From the IMG/VR virus record IMGVR_UViG_3300036859_000134, positions 1 through 60,001 of that record: a stretch of 60,001 bases of DNA; one strand, written 5' to 3'. This stretch comes from a virus. Taxonomy: Duplodnaviria > Caudoviricetes. Position 1 is the stretch's first letter, and each line of letters begins with the position of its first letter. The position numbers and the translations under genes were made by a program. This document shows, one piece after another, positions 1 through 8,575 of this stretch. The notes under the pieces were generated by a model. It searched no databases. It worked only from the letters and a program-made list of their open reading frames with translations, and was not told where the DNA came from.

Positions 1-1397
1 CGGAGCTGGCGATCCGCATCGAGCTGTTCGACGACGAGGTCGACACGCTGCAGCTGTTCGATCCGCTGACCGGCCGCATCCGCCAGAAGATTCCGCGCTT
101 CACTGTCTATCCGTCGAGCCACTACGTGACGCCGCGCGAGCGCGTTCTGGCGGCCATCGACACCATCAAGGCCGAGCTGCGCGAGCGCCTGGCCGAGCTG
201 GTGGCCGCCGGCAAGCTGGTCGAGGCGCAGCGGCTGGAGCAGCGCACGCGCTTCGACCTCGAGATGCTGCAGGAGGTGGGCCACTGCAAGGGCATCGAGA
301 ACTACACGCGGCACCTGTCGGGCGCGGAGCCCGGCGATCCGCCGCCGGTGCTGGTGGACTACCTGCCGAAGGACGCGTTGATGTTCCTCGACGAGAGCCA
401 CGTGCTGATCGGCCAGCTCGGAGGCATGTTCAACGGTGACCGTGCGCGCAAGACGGTGCTGGTGGAGTACGGTTTCCGCCTGCCGTCGGCGCTCGACAAC
501 CGGCCGCTGAAGTTCGAGGAGTTCGAGGGCAAGATGCGCCAGGCGGTGTTCGTCTCGGCGACGCCGGCGGCCTTCGAGCAGCAGCACGCGGGGCAGGTGG
601 TCGAGCAGCTGGTGCGGCCCACGGGCCTGGTCGATCCCGAGGTCGAGGTGCGGCCGGCCGGGCACCAGGTCGACGACGTGCTGCAGGAGATCCGCGATCG
701 CGTGACGAAGAACGAGCGCGTGCTGATCACCACGCTGACCAAGCGCATGGCCGAGCAGCTCACCGACTACCTCGCCGACAACGGCGTCAAGGTACGCTAC
801 CTGCACTCCGACATCGACACGGTCGAGCGCGTGGAGATCCTTCGCGACCTGCGACTCGGGACCTTCGACGTGCTCGTGGGCATCAACCTGCTGCGCGAGG
901 GACTGGACATCCCCGAGGTGTCGCTGGTGGCCATCCTCGACGCCGACAAGGAAGGCTTTCTGCGTGCCGAGCGCTCGCTGATCCAGACCATCGGCCGCGC
1001 CGCACGCAACGTCAATGGCAAGGCCATCCTCTACGCCGACCGGGTGACCGACTCGATGCGCAAGGCGATCGACGAGACCGAGCGCCGGCGCAACAAGCAG
1101 ATCGCCTTCAACGCGGAGCAAGGCATCACGCCGCGCAGCGTGAAGAAGCAGATCAAGGACTTGATCGATGGCGTGTATTCGGAGAAGTCCGCCAAGGACG
1201 ATCTGAAGCGCGCCCACGATGCCGCCGAGGTCGAGGTGATGAGCGAGAAGGATCTTGGCAAGCGCATCAAGCTGCTCGAGAAGCAGATGCTCGACCACGC
1301 ACGCAACCTCGAGTTCGAGAAGGCGGCGCGGGTGCGCGACCAGCTGGCGCTGCTGCGCGAGCAGGCCTTTGGTGCTTCGCCGCACGACGCGCCATGA
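1..1397 (+). CDS. uvrB: Excinuclease ABC subunit B (5' end outside window)
   Basis: Frame open from base 3. Motifs [68 protein letters not shown] and C-terminal UVR motif [11 protein letters not shown]. Confidence 0.98.
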   Translation, partial: ELAIRIELFDDEVDTLQLFDPLTGRIRQKIPRFTVYPSSHYVTPRERVLAAIDTIKAELRERLAELVAAGKLVEAQRLEQRTRFDLEMLQEVGHCKGIENYTRHLSGAEPGDPPPVLVDYLPKDALMFLDESHVLIGQLGGMFNGDRARKTVLVEYGFRLPSALDNRPLKFEEFEGKMRQAVFVSATPAAFEQQHAGQVVEQLVRPTGLVDPEVEVRPAGHQVDDVLQEIRDRVTKNERVLITTLTKRMAEQLTDYLADNGVKVRYLHSDIDTVERVEILRDLRLGTFDVLVGINLLREGLDIPEVSLVAILDADKEGFLRAERSLIQTIGRAARNVNGKAILYADRVTDSMRKAIDETERRRNKQIAFNAEQGITPRSVKKQIKDLIDGVYSEKSAKDDLKRAHDAAEVEVMSEKDLGKRIKLLEKQMLDHARNLEFEKAARVRDQLALLREQAFGASPHDAP

Positions 1398-1439
1398 GCA
1401 AGCGCAAGCCTTACCGCGTGCTGATGGTCTGCATGGGCA
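1394..1439 (+). pseudogene. 5' fragment of a low-molecular-weight protein-tyrosine phosphatase gene, cut by prophage insertion
   Basis: ATG overlaps the uvrB stop (ATGA). Reads [15 protein letters not shown], the start of the LMW-PTP P-loop V-C-x-G-N-I-C-R-S, then switches to unrelated sequence (SRHRARR...). Confidence 0.8.
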
Positions 1440-1485
1440 GCAGACATCGCGCCCGGCGTGTTCACGAATTGTTCACTTCGTGCAC
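1421..1485. other. Probable attL (core ending about 1439) with integrase arm-type repeats
   Basis: Host homology stops at ...CTGATGGTCTGCATGGGCA. TGTTCAC at 1459-1465 and 1470-1476 plus CGTGCAC at 1479-1485 lie just downstream of the integrase stop. Confidence 0.6.
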
Positions 1486-1517
1486 ACATCAAGCGTTTCC
1501 CGTGGAACGAACAGGGC

Positions 1518-2548
1518 CTATTTCGCGCCGATGCGGACCCTGATTGGCTCAATGCCGCGCGGGTCGGCGTAGATGTCGGCCGCCTGCTCGGTGGTATGGC
1601 CGAGCAGTGCCTTCGTGTCGACGTTGCCCTGGGCATCGTAGAGCCGCTTGGACAGGCTGCGGATCTCGTGGAACGTGGGCGCGCCTTCGTCCGGTATCTC
1701 GGCCAGCTTGCGCGCCTCGGTGAAGGCGTGGCTGATGCGGTCGGGGTGCACCTTGCTGCCCGCTGGCGCGTTGCCCCAGGGGCCACCAGCTCGGCCAGCG
1801 ACAGGCCAATGGCGTCCAGGCGCAGGGCCAGCGGGATCGCCACCGGCTGGTTCGTCTTGCGCGTCTTGGTGCGCCAGGTGGTCAGGTAGCCGTCGGCGGC
1901 GTGCGCGCGCTCCATAGCGGCCACGGTGCTGCGATCCTGGCCGCTCACCAGCGCCAGCAGCATGGCGTGCTCCAGCCATTCGGCGGCCTCGGGCGCCTTG
2001 GCGCGGATGGCCTGGAATGCCTCCAGCGTCAACCGCCCTCGCTTCACCTCGACCTCGGGCTCGCCGGTCACCTCGGCCGGGTTCGAGTCCATCCAGCCGA
2101 GCTGCATGCCGCGCTGGCAGACGGCGATCAGCCGGGAGCGGATGGCTTGTGCCCACCGCGCCTTGCCCGCCTTTGCGATCGGCTCGATCACGCCGGCGCA
2201 GTCGGCCACCGTCAGCGCACAGCAGGCGAGGGTGCCGATCGCGGCCTTGATCAGCTTGTCCTGGCTGCGCCACGTCTTGGCCGTGTTCGTCGTCTTGGCC
2301 GCTGGCATCTTGAGCAGCAGGTCGGCGACGGTGTGCTCGGCTCCCGTCAGCTTGGCGACCAGCCCGGGCTTCGTGTCGGCGACGTGCTGGTTCGCGGCGA
2401 TCGCTTCGTTGCGTGCGGTGGCGAGCGGCACGCGGCCGATCACCAGGGTGCGCCCGTCTGGGTGGCGCCACACGAAATAGCCGGTCCGCAGCTCGTACAG
2501 GCCGCGCGGCCAATCCTGCTTCCGGCGCGATCGGCGTGCCGGGCTCAT
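1518..2548 (-). pseudogene. int: Lambda-family tyrosine integrase, frameshifted at about 1779-1783
   Basis: N-terminal arm-binding/core part (MSPARRSRRKQDWPRGLY...LALVSGQ...LAELVA) is in one frame. The catalytic C-terminus (PWGNAPAG...PTFHEIRSLSKRLY...LLGH...IYADPRG) is in another. Confidence 0.85.
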
Positions 2549-2760
2549 GCGGCGGCCCGCAGCCGGTCGACCAGGGACTCGCGCGGCATGTCGCCCGTGA
2601 TCCGGCGAGCAGTCTGTTCCACGTAGTAGGCCTTTCCGACGAGCTCTGGCGCAGGGTGAATCTGGCCCTCACGGACCCATTTGCGCAGCACCCATGCGCT
2701 GGGAGGGGGATCGTAGCGGGTCTCGGCCCAGGCGGTGAGGGTGATCTTCTTGGATGTCAC
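2545..2760 (-). CDS. xis: Excisionase
   Basis: MTSKKITLTAWAETRYDPPPSAWVLRKWVREGQIHPAPELVGKAYYV matches the lambdoid Xis pattern; 4-bp overlap with int start. Confidence 0.88.
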   Translation of the reverse strand: MTSKKITLTAWAETRYDPPPSAWVLRKWVREGQIHPAPELVGKAYYVEQTARRITGDMPRESLVDRLRAAA

Positions 2761-3551
2761 TCTGGCGCCTCCTGCGCTGTGATGGCGCAAAGCGCATCCG
2801 CTGCGGCTTCCTCTGGCGTATCACCCTGCCCGCGAGCAATGACCTTGCGGCTCTTGGCGTACTCGGCTGTGCCGGGCTCTCCCTTTGCCGGCTTGTCGGT
2901 GATCCATGCCATCCAGCCTGTGGACCGCGTGTAGGCCAACTCGAAGTAGCAGTAGGGGTTTCCTTCCAGCAGCTTCGCGTGCTCGGCAAGCAGGCCCGCC
3001 AGCGCCTGCCATGCTGTGGCAGAGGGCTGCGCGGGTGAGTTGAGCAGTTCGCAGATGCGATTCGCCGTAGTCTCGCATTCCTCTCCGCTGCATTCGGCCA
3101 CCGTAATTCCACGGTCTACCGTACACACGTCCGCCTTGATGACATCCGAGTTACTGCCTCGCCTTGTCAGGCTGACCCAGTATCTTTCATAGGTTATGGC
3201 TTGTGCGCGCGGGTCGTCGAACTCCACCGTTGGCTGCGCTGCTGGTGATGCATCGCTTGCGGCGAGGCGGTCGATGGCGACGAACGCAGCTCTCTCAGCC
3301 GCTACGCCAGCGCTTGGCGGGTAGACGCCGGGCGCCCCGATCTTGTCGCAGGCATCGCGTACGAGCCGCTTGCAGTCCTCCGCCAGCGCTACGCGGTCTG
3401 CTGGTGCTGGGGTCTGGGTGCGTGCGGCTTGCCATGCCGACCACATCGCATCGACGTGTGCAGATTCGTACTTGCCGCTGTCGTTTCGTTCCGTGAACGT
3501 CTCGCGCCCGAGCCACTGCTCAAACAGCGCCCGCTCGTTGTCTTGGGTCAT
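2757..3551 (-). CDS. Hypothetical mosaic phage protein
   Basis: 264-aa ORF coupled to neighbours; N-terminal ERALFEQW...MWSAWQAAR motif common in lambdoid accessory genes. Confidence 0.6.
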   Translation of the reverse strand: MTQDNERALFEQWLGRETFTERNDSGKYESAHVDAMWSAWQAARTQTPAPADRVALAEDCKRLVRDACDKIGAPGVYPPSAGVAAERAAFVAIDRLAASDASPAAQPTVEFDDPRAQAITYERYWVSLTRRGSNSDVIKADVCTVDRGITVAECSGEECETTANRICELLNSPAQPSATAWQALAGLLAEHAKLLEGNPYCYFELAYTRSTGWMAWITDKPAKGEPGTAEYAKSRKVIARGQGDTPEEAAADALCAITAQEAPE

Positions 3552-4054
3552 GCCTTACCTCCAAACGGTTGTGGCGTGCACGAGTAGGGCAGCATCAGCG
3601 GATGCCGCGGGATGCCGTCAGCCGTGAGCGCCAGCGCCATCGGCCTGGCGCCGGCGCCGCGCACCAACTTCATCACCTCGGCTGGTCGCGATAGCCCGCG
3701 TGCCTCAGCGCCCCACGCGCACACGAACACCTGCGCCAGGTGCGCGACGATGCCGATCGCCGAATCGTTCTGGTCGCTCACCGGATAACCGGCTGCCTTC
3801 AGGTCCTTCGGGTCGGTGGCGATCCAGTCGTACAGGTTCGAGGTGATGTAGCTGCCGCAGCCAAGGCGCTCAGCGAAGCCGCGGAACTTGCGCGATGACT
3901 GGTCCTCGCGATCGGCGGCGGCCTTGCTCGGGTTGAGGCAGCACAGGCCCAGCGTCGGCAGGCTGGCATCCCAGCAGCGCCACAGTAGATGGCGGAAGCG
4001 GCCGCAGGGCGAAAACACGGCACCGGCGGGCTCCCTGAAGTCGGGGCGGATCAT
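3548..4054 (-). CDS. DUF1643 family protein
   Basis: AVFSPCGRFRHLLWRCWD, LNPSKA, NLY...ATDP, CAWG, PRHPLM motifs. Confidence 0.85.
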   Translation of the reverse strand: MIRPDFREPAGAVFSPCGRFRHLLWRCWDASLPTLGLCCLNPSKAAADREDQSSRKFRGFAERLGCGSYITSNLYDWIATDPKDLKAAGYPVSDQNDSAIGIVAHLAQVFVCAWGAEARGLSRPAEVMKLVRGAGARPMALALTADGIPRHPLMLPYSCTPQPFGGKA

Positions 4055-4299
4055 GCGGACGGCTCCGTCAGTTCAACGGCCGCCGCCAGGATCTGCACCA
4101 CGTCGAAGCCTTCGTAGCCCTTGGCGGTGTCGATCGCGGCGTCGACCACGCTGCAGCCCTTGCGCTCGGCGAGCTTCGTCAGCGCCGCGCCGAGGTCTTG
4201 CATGCGCTTCTGGTACTTGTCGCCGAGCAGCGAGCGCGCCGCGTCGCGGCACTCGTAGAGCTTGGTGGCCATGCGGACCTGTTGTTCGGTGGCGGTCAT
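4051..4299 (-). CDS. Hypothetical protein
   Basis: MTATEQQVRMATKLYECRD...; ATGA overlaps on both sides. Confidence 0.65.
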   Translation of the reverse strand: MTATEQQVRMATKLYECRDAARSLLGDKYQKRMQDLGAALTKLAERKGCSVVDAAIDTAKGYEGFDVVQILAAAVELTEPSA

Positions 4300-4946
4300 G
4301 GCGTCACCCGCTTGAACTCGACCACCCAGACCCACGGGTTCGTGGTCCAGCTGTCGGGGCCGTTGATCTGTTCCCAGACTGCCCGGTAGCCCAGCTTGAA
4401 GGTCCCGGCCTTCGAGTGGGCAGGAAACAGCACCTCGCGCCCAGTCGCCTCATCGACACACGGCGCGCCATCGGCCTTCGCATCGGCCTCGCTGATATCC
4501 TGGAGCCGCTCCACGCGCACGCCGGTGATCTCCAGGGTGATGCGGCTGGCACAGCGGGGCATGTGGATGGAAGGTCTCGGCTTCGTCCAGTCGCCGCCAA
4601 TCGGATCGCCGTCCGCCCAATAGCAGATGCGCGAGCCGCTGCCCCATTTCGATGGCGGCACAGCGGCGCATCCATCCGACGCTTCCATGCAATGCGGGCC
4701 GCTGAAGGCCTCGCGCACCCACAGTCGATCGCCGATGCTGCCGTAAGGGCAGCGCATTTCGGAGACGTGGCCCCACCACTGGCTGCGCGGGTCATGGATG
4801 TCGCCGGTCTCCTCGCCGCGCAGCGCTCCACTCACGTACCACTCAAGGCCGCGCGGCATCTTCCAGGCGCGGCGCGTCTGCGTCTTCGTGCCGGAGAGGA
4901 TCGCGCGGACCATGGGCGCGCTGAAGAGGATCGGGCGTTCTTTCAC
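4296..4946 (-). CDS. ASCH/PUA-like phage protein
   Basis: KERPILFSAPMVRAILSGTKTQTRR...CPYG..GDRLWVRE...PSIHMPR.ASRITLEIT.VRVERLQDISE.DA...W..NPWVWVVEF. Confidence 0.8.
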   Translation of the reverse strand: MKERPILFSAPMVRAILSGTKTQTRRAWKMPRGLEWYVSGALRGEETGDIHDPRSQWWGHVSEMRCPYGSIGDRLWVREAFSGPHCMEASDGCAAVPPSKWGSGSRICYWADGDPIGGDWTKPRPSIHMPRCASRITLEITGVRVERLQDISEADAKADGAPCVDEATGREVLFPAHSKAGTFKLGYRAVWEQINGPDSWTTNPWVWVVEFKRVTP

Positions 4947-5272
4947 GGATACCTCCCCTCAGCCGCCGCCCGCACCTTCGCCGGCCACGCATCACGGTCC
5001 TCGCCGTACAGCGCCACGCCAGCCGCGGTGATCGCCTCGTTGTGCTCTTCGTCCGTGCAGGGCTCTTCGTCGTGCTCGGCGCACAGGTCGGGGATCATGC
5101 GCAGCATGGCGGCGAGGCACAGCCGGAGCGCGCCGGGCGTGCAGCTACAGGTCACGACCTGGCCGGTGCACGAATGCTGGTCACCGTTCAGCGCGCACAG
5201 ATCGTCGTCGCAGTCGTCGGCGTGCTCGAAGCGCTCGCCGGCGCCGTTGCAGAGGTCGCAGGGGTCGGCCAT
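4943..5272 (-). CDS. Cys/His-rich hypothetical protein (possible Zn-binding)
   Basis: CDLCNG...HADDCDDDLCALNGDQHSC...CSC; coupled to neighbours. Confidence 0.55.
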   Translation of the reverse strand: MADPCDLCNGAGERFEHADDCDDDLCALNGDQHSCTGQVVTCSCTPGALRLCLAAMLRMIPDLCAEHDEEPCTDEEHNEAITAAGVALYGEDRDAWPAKVRAAAEGRYP

Positions 5273-5499
5273 CAGTAGCTTCCGTAGTCGTCGCCCTGGC
5301 GCTCCTGCCAGGACGCTTCGACGGCCGCGCCGCGGCGTTCCTCGCGAACATCGCGTTCGTTCTCTCGGATGTCCCGCCGCAATTGGGCGACCTGACGCTG
5401 CAGGCGTTCGATCTCCTCAGCCGCCTCGCGGATCAGCAGCACGCTCGGCACTGGATGTCGTTGAGCGGCGCGCAAGCGCTGGAGCAGCGTGTCAGTCAT
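5272..5499 (-). CDS. Hypothetical coiled-coil protein
   Basis: MTDTLLQRLR...EAAEEIERLQ, a common phage motif. Confidence 0.6.
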   Translation of the reverse strand: MTDTLLQRLRAAQRHPVPSVLLIREAAEEIERLQRQVAQLRRDIRENERDVREERRGAAVEASWQERQGDDYGSY

Positions 5500-5749
5500 T
5501 GCCCACCTCTTCATTGCGCAGCGCGCGCTCCACCAGCGGCACCAAGCCGATCCACTCTCGGCCGGTGCGGTCGATCGCCTCAGCCAGCGTGTAGCCAATG
5601 CTCTGGAGCCAGTCCGCTCGGTTGAGCACGAGCGCGACGGCGACCTTCTCGCCGGTGGACTGCACAGTCCAGGCATCGCGGCCGCCGCGCTTGGCGTCGC
5701 TGGCCTTGCGCAGCAGGTGGTTGAACTCGGCATTGCGGTTGTCGGCCAT
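5492..5749 (-). CDS. Hypothetical protein
   Basis: MADNRNAEF...STGEKVAVALVLNRADWL..GYTLAEAIDR; GC3-rich frame. Confidence 0.65.
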   Translation of the reverse strand: MADNRNAEFNHLLRKASDAKRGGRDAWTVQSTGEKVAVALVLNRADWLQSIGYTLAEAIDRTGREWIGLVPLVERALRNEEVGND

Positions 5750-5751
5750 GC

Positions 5752-5949
5752 TCACCCCGCGAAGTGCTTGTCGAACAACCGCTCGACCACGTCGATCTGC
5801 TTCTCCGTGAGCGACGACGTGTTCTCTCCCTCGCCGGTCTGCTCGACGATCGACTGGATGAACTCGTCTTCCCACTCGTTCACGTCGCGCGTGCCGGCGA
5901 GGCCGGCGATGCGCTTGACCTTGGTGTTGAGGGTGGTCATGGTTGTCAC
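5752..5949 (-). CDS. Hypothetical protein
   Basis: MTTLNTKVKRIAGLAGTRDVNEWEDEFIQSI...LTEKQIDVVERL. Confidence 0.65.
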   Translation of the reverse strand: MTTMTTLNTKVKRIAGLAGTRDVNEWEDEFIQSIVEQTGEGENTSSLTEKQIDVVERLFDKHFAG

Positions 5950-6317
5950 GCGGCGGCTTCTTCGAACTTCGTCTCGCTGAGGTAGAGCCGCAGCACCTCG
6001 TCGTTCGTTGACGCGTTGGGCGCGTTCTTTACGCCAGCATTGGCGGCGCGGATCAACTCCATGACGCCGGCGAGCGCCGCCTGCCCGATCCCGATGCTGG
6101 AGCGCCCCTGCTCGCGCTGCCACGCGAGCATTGCGGCCACGCTTTCGCGCGCCTCCTGCACCTTGGCAGGGTCTTCGCCGTCGAGCTCGCGCAGCGTGGC
6201 CCACAGCCACACCAGCGTAGGGGCGTGCTTGTCGCGGCCGAGCAGCACGAACAGTGGTTCGTCAGGCTGCGCGTTGGCATAGCAGTCGTAGGCTCCGGGG
6301 TCGTTCTTCGTTCCCAT
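5946..6317 (-). CDS. Conserved phage hypothetical protein
   Basis: MGTKNDPGAYDCYANAQPDEPLFVLLGRDKHAP; ATG overlaps the RT stop (TGATG). Confidence 0.75.
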   Translation of the reverse strand: MGTKNDPGAYDCYANAQPDEPLFVLLGRDKHAPTLVWLWATLRELDGEDPAKVQEARESVAAMLAWQREQGRSSIGIGQAALAGVMELIRAANAGVKNAPNASTNDEVLRLYLSETKFEEAAA

Positions 6318-7681
6318 CAGGAAGCTCCTTTGCGATAGGTCTTGGTGAGGTCCGACTTGACGCTGTGCCCGCGCTGCCGAATGGCATTCGCGAGCCGCGC
6401 CAGGTCGGCGTGGCCATGGGATGCCTGTCGAAACAGGCCCATGTAGCTGTTGGCCGACGCGAACACCTCGTCGGCCGGCATGTGCTCGATGCGATGCAGC
6501 GCCGAGCGCACCGTGCGCGGCCGCGTCACACGGCGCCTCGGCTTGATGACCTGGCCGACGAAGTCGATGCCACGGTCGGCCGCCTGCAGGACGGTCTTGC
6601 TCGGATTCAGGCGCGCGTGCAGGCGCTCGGGCAGGAACGACGAGACATCGCTCAGCGCCGCGTTGAGCCACTGTGCGCTCGGGTGCAGCAGCACGAAGTC
6701 ATCGACGTAGCGCACGTAGTGCGGCGCACGCAGCTTGTGCTTGACGTGCTGGTCGAGGTCGTTGAGAAGCACGTTCGCGAAGAACTGCGACGACAGGTTG
6801 CCGATCGGCAGCCCGGTGTCGTCGGGCGCGTTGAACAGGCTCTTGTGCGGCGGTACCAGCTTCAGTAACTCGCGCTCGCCGCGGACCACGACATCACCAC
6901 GCGGGTCGTGGAAGAGGATCGTCTCGGCCAGAGCCAGCCACCACGGCTCGTGCACCTTGCGCGCCAGCTGCGCGCGCAAGACGTGCTTGTCGATCGCGAC
7001 GAAGAAGTTCGCGAGGTCGCACTTCAGGTAGAACGCGCGCCGGCTCCAGTTCTCCGTGACGCTGCGCACTTGGCGTTCGAGGCGCTTCGCCGCGTACAGC
7101 GTGCCGCGCCCTGGGATGCATGCGCACGAGTCGGCCACGAACGATGCGTGGAAGCGCGGGGCGATGTGGTTGTAGAGCAGATGGTGGACCACGCGATCGC
7201 GGAAGTCCGCGGCCCACACCTCGCGCGGCTTCGGCCGGGTGATGACAAAGCAGATCGATCGGCCGGGGCCGTAGGCGCCACTGACCAGATCGTCGTGCAA
7301 GTCGAACAGGTTCTGCTCGACATTGGCCTCGAAAGCCAGCGCGCTTGCGCTGTTGCGCTTGGTGCGCCTGCAATCGAGGTAGGCCTGCACCAGCAGGGCG
7401 AACAGGCAGGAATCTGCGGACGGCTCGGGCGCAACCTTCGTAGCTCTTGTGGTTGTTGTTCTGGTTGCCGTTGTTGAAGTTGCAATTCCAGGCGTAGGAG
7501 GCGCACCTATCGCGCTATGTGGGCCGCCATCCCGAAGGCCTTGGCCGATCAGGACGGAAGCTGCACCGGACGCGGCCCGCGCGGGGGCGGCGGTATCCGT
7601 GGTGTGCATGGCGGTGGCCTTGTGGGCCAGCGGCGCGACCAGATTCACTTGGCGCACGGGCATGAGGGCCTTGACCGTCAT
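6317..7681 (-). CDS. DGR-class reverse transcriptase (start uncertain; RT domain starts about 7405)
   Basis: KPREVWAADFRDRVVHH, YLKCDLANFF, GLPIGNLSSQFFAN (DGR-type SQ motif), YVRYVDDFV, GIDFVG; adjacent to avd and TR. Confidence 0.95.
   Translation of the reverse strand: MTVKALMPVRQVNLVAPLAHKATAMHTTDTAAPARAASGAASVLIGQGLRDGGPHSAIGAPPTPGIATSTTATRTTTTRATKVAPEPSADSCLFALLVQAYLDCRRTKRNSASALAFEANVEQNLFDLHDDLVSGAYGPGRSICFVITRPKPREVWAADFRDRVVHHLLYNHIAPRFHASFVADSCACIPGRGTLYAAKRLERQVRSVTENWSRRAFYLKCDLANFFVAIDKHVLRAQLARKVHEPWWLALAETILFHDPRGDVVVRGERELLKLVPPHKSLFNAPDDTGLPIGNLSSQFFANVLLNDLDQHVKHKLRAPHYVRYVDDFVLLHPSAQWLNAALSDVSSFLPERLHARLNPSKTVLQAADRGIDFVGQVIKPRRRVTRPRTVRSALHRIEHMPADEVFASANSYMGLFRQASHGHADLARLANAIRQRGHSVKSDLTKTYRKGAS
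7413..7504 (-). repeat. DGR template repeat (TR)
   Basis: Minus strand GCC TCC TAC GCC TGG AAT TGC AAC TTC AAC AAC GGC AAC CAG AAC AAC AAC CAC AAG AGC TAC GAA GGT TGC GCC CGA GCC GTC CGC AGA. Eight AAY codons; differs from both VRs essentially only at adenines. Confidence 0.96.
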
Positions 7682-8040
7682 GCTGCAGGCGCCCTGTTCG
7701 CTGTCTTGAGCCAGCCGCCGGCTTGCTTGCCGATGCTACCTAGAAGCTCGATGGACTCGGCCCACAGCTTGGGAGCGAGGTATCGGCTGTCATGGCTGAC
7801 GCGCAGCAGGACCGTGACGGCTCGCTGCTTGGTCAGCAGCTCCTGGATGTGGCCCGCGCGCAGGTCGCGCTGCGTGGCGTTGGCCAGGGCCATCAGATCC
7901 AGCATGTCCACGCAGTGCTGGGTGATCTTCTCGCCCAGGATGCGCTTCATGCTGCGCGGCATCTGCTCCTGCACCTTCACAGCGAGCGAGAGCAGCCGGA
8001 CGCCGGTCCTGTAGATGGGCAGATCGGTGTGCAATGCCAT
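7678..8040 (-). CDS. avd: DGR accessory variability determinant (Avd-like four-helix-bundle protein)
   Basis: 120 aa, basic, helical: HTDLPIYR...MPRSMKRILGEKI...ANA...VLLRVSHD...IGKQAGGWLK; located between target genes and TR. Confidence 0.9.
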   Translation of the reverse strand: MALHTDLPIYRTGVRLLSLAVKVQEQMPRSMKRILGEKITQHCVDMLDLMALANATQRDLRAGHIQELLTKQRAVTVLLRVSHDSRYLAPKLWAESIELLGSIGKQAGGWLKTANRAPAA

Positions 8041-8084
8041 GGTGGTGGCGGGCTCAGTTTCAAAGGATCAAAGGACCGAAGGAA

Positions 8085-8543
8085 TCAAGCTCTGCGGACG
8101 GCTCGGGCGCAACCTTCGTAGCTCTTGGGGTTGATGTTCTGGTTGCCGTAGCCGAAGTAGCAATGCCAGGCGTAGGCGGCGTCGCTCTCGTATTCCTGGC
8201 TTGACCAGTGCCACGCCGGTTCCAGGTGAGGCTTGCAGTTCGCGAAGAGCAGCGCTTGCTCCTGACGGTTGGGCAGCGCGCCGCCAACGCTCTCGGCCCA
8301 CGCCTTCGCGTCGTTCCAGTTGAGCTTCGAGGCCGGCGTCTCGGCCATCAACACCAGGTGGTGCCGCACGTTGCCGTCGGCATCCAGCACGGTGCCGGCG
8401 TAGTGCTCACCGGCGCGCAGTTCGATGCTCGCCTCGGGAATGGTGAGCAGCGTGATCTCTTCGGCCTGTGCTTGCAGCTTCTCGATCATTGCGGCCAGTT
8501 CGGCCTGCTTGGCCTTCACGGCCTCCATCGTGATCGCGGTCAT
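8085..8543 (-). CDS. DGR target protein 1 (DUF1566/CLec-like, N-terminal coiled coil)
   Basis: AAGGAG RBS; 152 aa; W..AK.WA...GG.LP.R.EQALLFAN...WHWSS...AW.CYF..G.Q....KSYEGCARAVRR; VR1 at 3' end. Confidence 0.9.
   Translation of the reverse strand: MTAITMEAVKAKQAELAAMIEKLQAQAEEITLLTIPEASIELRAGEHYAGTVLDADGNVRHHLVLMAETPASKLNWNDAKAWAESVGGALPNRQEQALLFANCKPHLEPAWHWSSQEYESDAAYAWHCYFGYGNQNINPKSYEGCARAVRRA
8091..8181 (-). repeat. DGR variable repeat VR1
   Basis: Versus TR: 7 substitutions at TR adenines (AAT>CAT, AAC>TAC, AAC>GGC, AAC>TAC, AAC>ATC, CAC>CCC) and 1 non-A change at the 5' edge (TCC>GCC). Confidence 0.95.
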
Positions 8544-8575
8544 GGTGCTCCTTGCGGTATGAAAGGATTGAAGGA

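Noticed and set aside
1031-1517. 505-aa integrase extending into uvrB
   Set aside because: Artefact of the frameshift; the tail is antisense uvrB and the catalytic motifs are in another frame ending at 1518.
6317-7681. RT as group II intron, retron or Abi RT
   Set aside because: SQ motif, adjacent avd and a TR/VR set with adenine-specific differences identify a DGR; no maturase/endonuclease extension seen.
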